From positions 426,292 to 490,291 of the forward strand of contig OZ287707.1 in assembly GCA_965649825.1 (NCBI GenBank): a stretch of 64,000 nucleotides of DNA, in the 5' to 3' direction. A program made the position numbers and the translations under genes. A model generated the notes under the pieces. It was not told the origin of the DNA. It ran no database searches and worked only from the letters and a program-made list of their open reading frames with translations. The DNA is from Penicillus capitatus. Taxonomy: Eukaryota; Plantae; Chlorophyta. Below, piece by piece: positions 61,600 through 64,000 of the stretch (positions are counted from its first letter, which is position 1; each line of letters starts with the position of its first letter).

Positions 61600-63250
61600 T
61601 CTGTGTTTCGGAACCATGCAAGTTATCAGAACTGTCTTCCTTACCATGTCTACACTGGAGTGCAGCAGCATCACTATTCAAGACAACCATCAGGTCTCTC
61701 TACAGACGACTCGTTTTCTGAGCTGATGAATCATTTACCCTAGCAAGTTTGCATTATCACTGGACCGAAGGGAGATCTTGCATATGTGTAGGTGGCCGAG
61801 AAGAGAATGCATGGAACACATTCTGGAAATCAGAGACTTGGAGGCGATACATATGCAACGAATGAGTAAAAGTGATTTTTCCGTACTTTCAAGTCTTTGG
61901 ACAGAGCGATTGTCAATCCCACATTCAACCATATCGAAGTAAAGTCGTCTTAAACAGCTCTACCTACTCTTCTTACTGTGGAAATCCTAGGTCGAATGAC
62001 ATTGTCTTTCTGGCAGATCTCAAGGACCCATCGCATGCATGGTCGGCATGAACTTCTCCAGTAATGTGTTTCTGTCGATCCAGCTGTTTTTGGGACATCA
62101 TCCGGACCAGGTTTGGAAAACTTTAAGGATTTGTTCTTGAATAACGAAGAGATTGTCTTTCAGCTTTGAGGACATGAGAAGACCCAAATGATGAAGTGGA
62201 TCGACTTCTTTCAATAAGGAAAAGTCGTGGCGGCTTGTATGCCTTCTTTTCTCTGATCTTCGTTGATCCACCATGGAAACGAACTTCCTTCTCTCCCTCT
62301 TCTCGACAATGCATTCTGGAGCATGAGTTCTGTTTTTGTTCGAGCCATCAGATTTACTGTGAGATCAGAATAAAAAAAGTGCCACACCAGACGAAATCTG
62401 TGATAGGACGCGGCTGGGCATGACACGAGTTGCAGTCGATCCACGGTACTGGATATCTTCGATGACCTATCTGGACGTTAAAATAGACAGAGGCTTCGAT
62501 GAGAAATGTTCTCGAGGCCCGACAAAGAAATGAACGGCAAGAAGCGCGGACGAAATCTCTGCCACCCCCTATCGAAGTTCAAACTGAAGGAAGGGGTACT
62601 TTTTTGTGCATCAGCAGCGTTCTGGACAAACTTGGAAGCGATGAAGAATGTGACGAACAGAAAAGTTGTTGCTTCAGGTAAGAGACATACTCTTCTTCCT
62701 TCATTGGATGCAGAGATGCCACAGGAGTATAACGGAAGGCTGAACCCTCAACATTCCGAGCGATGGACGGAAAGTGGACAGAGTCCGCACTCATCCATTT
62801 CCATAATTAAGACGAAACATAGCTCTTTTGAAAACGTCACATATTTTCAGAGTTTCCACAGAGACACATGGAGCAGAAAGGAGGAAAGAAACAGCGAAAC
62901 CAAGGATCCAAGGAGCAGTCCCTCAAGCATTCTTGCTCTCGGCATTCGACAGGCCATCAAGTTGAGGAGGCAACATGAAGGATGAGGCACGACTTGAAAC
63001 AGAGCGCAGGCCAAAGGCAAGAGTGAAGACAGAAGCCTTGACATCAGAGATGGGACCATGCCTTGATCAAGAATCTGGAGAATTCTGCATAGAAGAGAAG
63101 CTCTCGGATCGCTATGAAGCCGCCATAAAGAACGGAACATGTCCAGAGCGAAGACACATCCAGAAACTATACAAAAGAGTAAGCAAGCGTGGTGCGTCAC
63201 TCGATTAATGCATCCAACATGCGAAATGCTGAAACAGATGTAGCGGCAGT
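61600..63250 (-). mobile_element. Heavily decayed non-LTR retrotransposon (LINE) reverse transcriptase region
   Basis: Fragments occur in the expected order on the minus strand: LLTLLYSFWMCLRSGHVP...RHGPIS (RT domains 1-2), ICDVFKRAMF, KEVDPLHHLGLLMSSKL (YLG region), LLRYG/ECGIDNRSVQRLESTEK, LLGHLH. Many stops and frameshifts. Confidence 0.55.
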
Positions 63251-63668
63251 TAAAGGCACAAACAGTATACGCATCCATGACCACGTACATCTCATCAACC
63301 GATGTTTGCTTGCAGGCAGTTGATTCCCGGGCACATCGAGACTGAAGCGGAGAGTCTTTGCTGACAGGCCTGACTGTGCAGTTTGCTTCAGCGATGGTTC
63401 TTGAAAGACGAGGAGAGAAGACAGAAGTCAGGGCATTGAAGACAAAAGACTGGTATCGACAGAAGCATCCAACAGCAGCAATCTGTTCCTCCCTATTGGC
63501 GTGGCAAGCGGTGCTGCCGCCAGGGTGGTTGGTTGGGCGATAGGGAGTGGATGGGTCGACCACCGGTAGGCCCTGCTCCCGTCGTCATAGCCGCGTACCG
63601 TCCGAGTGCAGACTGACTGCCATTGTATGTGTGCGGAGTCGGGCTCCTGGATCTGCACCAACGGGACG

Positions 63669-64000
63669 TCTTGTTTTGTTTTCTTGTTTTCTTGTTGTGT
63701 GTGTTTTGTTTTTTTATCTGTTTATCCTGTTTTTTCTTCAGTTTTGTTATTCTTGTTTTCTTGTTTTCTTGTTGTGTGTGTTTTGTTTTTTTATCTGTTT
63801 ATCCTGTTTTGTCTTCAGTTTTGTTTTTCTTGTTTTATTTGCCTTGTTATGTGTGTTTTCTTTTTTTGTCCTATTTATCCTGTTTTGTTGTCAGTTTTGT
63901 TATTCTTGTTGTTCTTATTTTGTTTTATTTTATTTGTCTTGTTCTTGTTGTTCTTATTTTGTTTTATTTTATTTGTCTTGTTCTTGTTGTTTTGTTTTTT
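63669..64000. repeat. T-rich low-complexity repeat with ~77 bp and 39 bp periodicities
   Basis: tttatcctg recurs at 63721, 63798 and 63874; a 39-mer ttcttgttgttcttattttgttttattttatttgtcttg is tandemly duplicated near the end. Confidence 0.9.

Noticed and set aside
60921-61726. Several 120-200 aa ORFs on both strands
   Set aside because: They are translations of the stop-poor GC-rich minisatellite; unit lengths of 49-51 bp do not preserve frame.
1-64000. tRNA, rRNA, snRNA or hammerhead ribozyme genes
   Set aside because: No cloverleaf or paired CTGATGA/GAAA core found by eye; a covariance-model search would be needed to exclude them.

Overview
Eukaryotic nuclear DNA with a standard genetic code, very short (about 43-56 nt) GT/GC-AG introns and tight gene packing. 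A ciliary gene (CFAP65-like) together with plastid-type genes (transit-peptide thioredoxin, DUF177) suggests a flagellate-producing alga; a compact-genome chlorophyte such as a siphonous green alga is my inference, not proven. The housekeeping backbone is CFAP65, WDR75, SABRE/BLTP2, PUS3, a SAM-domain membrane protein, DUF177, a polysaccharide pyruvyltransferase, an intronless fungal-type Egt1 fusion, PEX19, NTAQ1, thioredoxin, a propeller/coiled-coil gene, RhoGAP, a mitochondrial-carrier-family transporter, RPE and a MATH-UBL-RING gene. The most unusual part is a ~16.2 kb accessory island (8311-24550). It is bracketed by a ~280 bp direct duplication of the WDR75 5' end plus the whole WDR75/SABRE bidirectional promoter. 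It holds four copies of an unrecognised hairpin-flanked cassette encoding a ~148 aa orphan protein. The non-coding ends of these cassettes are better conserved than the protein, and their hairpin loops occur in flip and flop orientations. The island also holds a decayed NB-ARC-like NTPase-TPR gene, an LRR-like remnant and a retroviral-type integrase remnant. The right end carries a 49-51 bp minisatellite, a decayed LINE and a T-rich repeat. Many exon boundaries and gene ends are approximate because they were read by eye.
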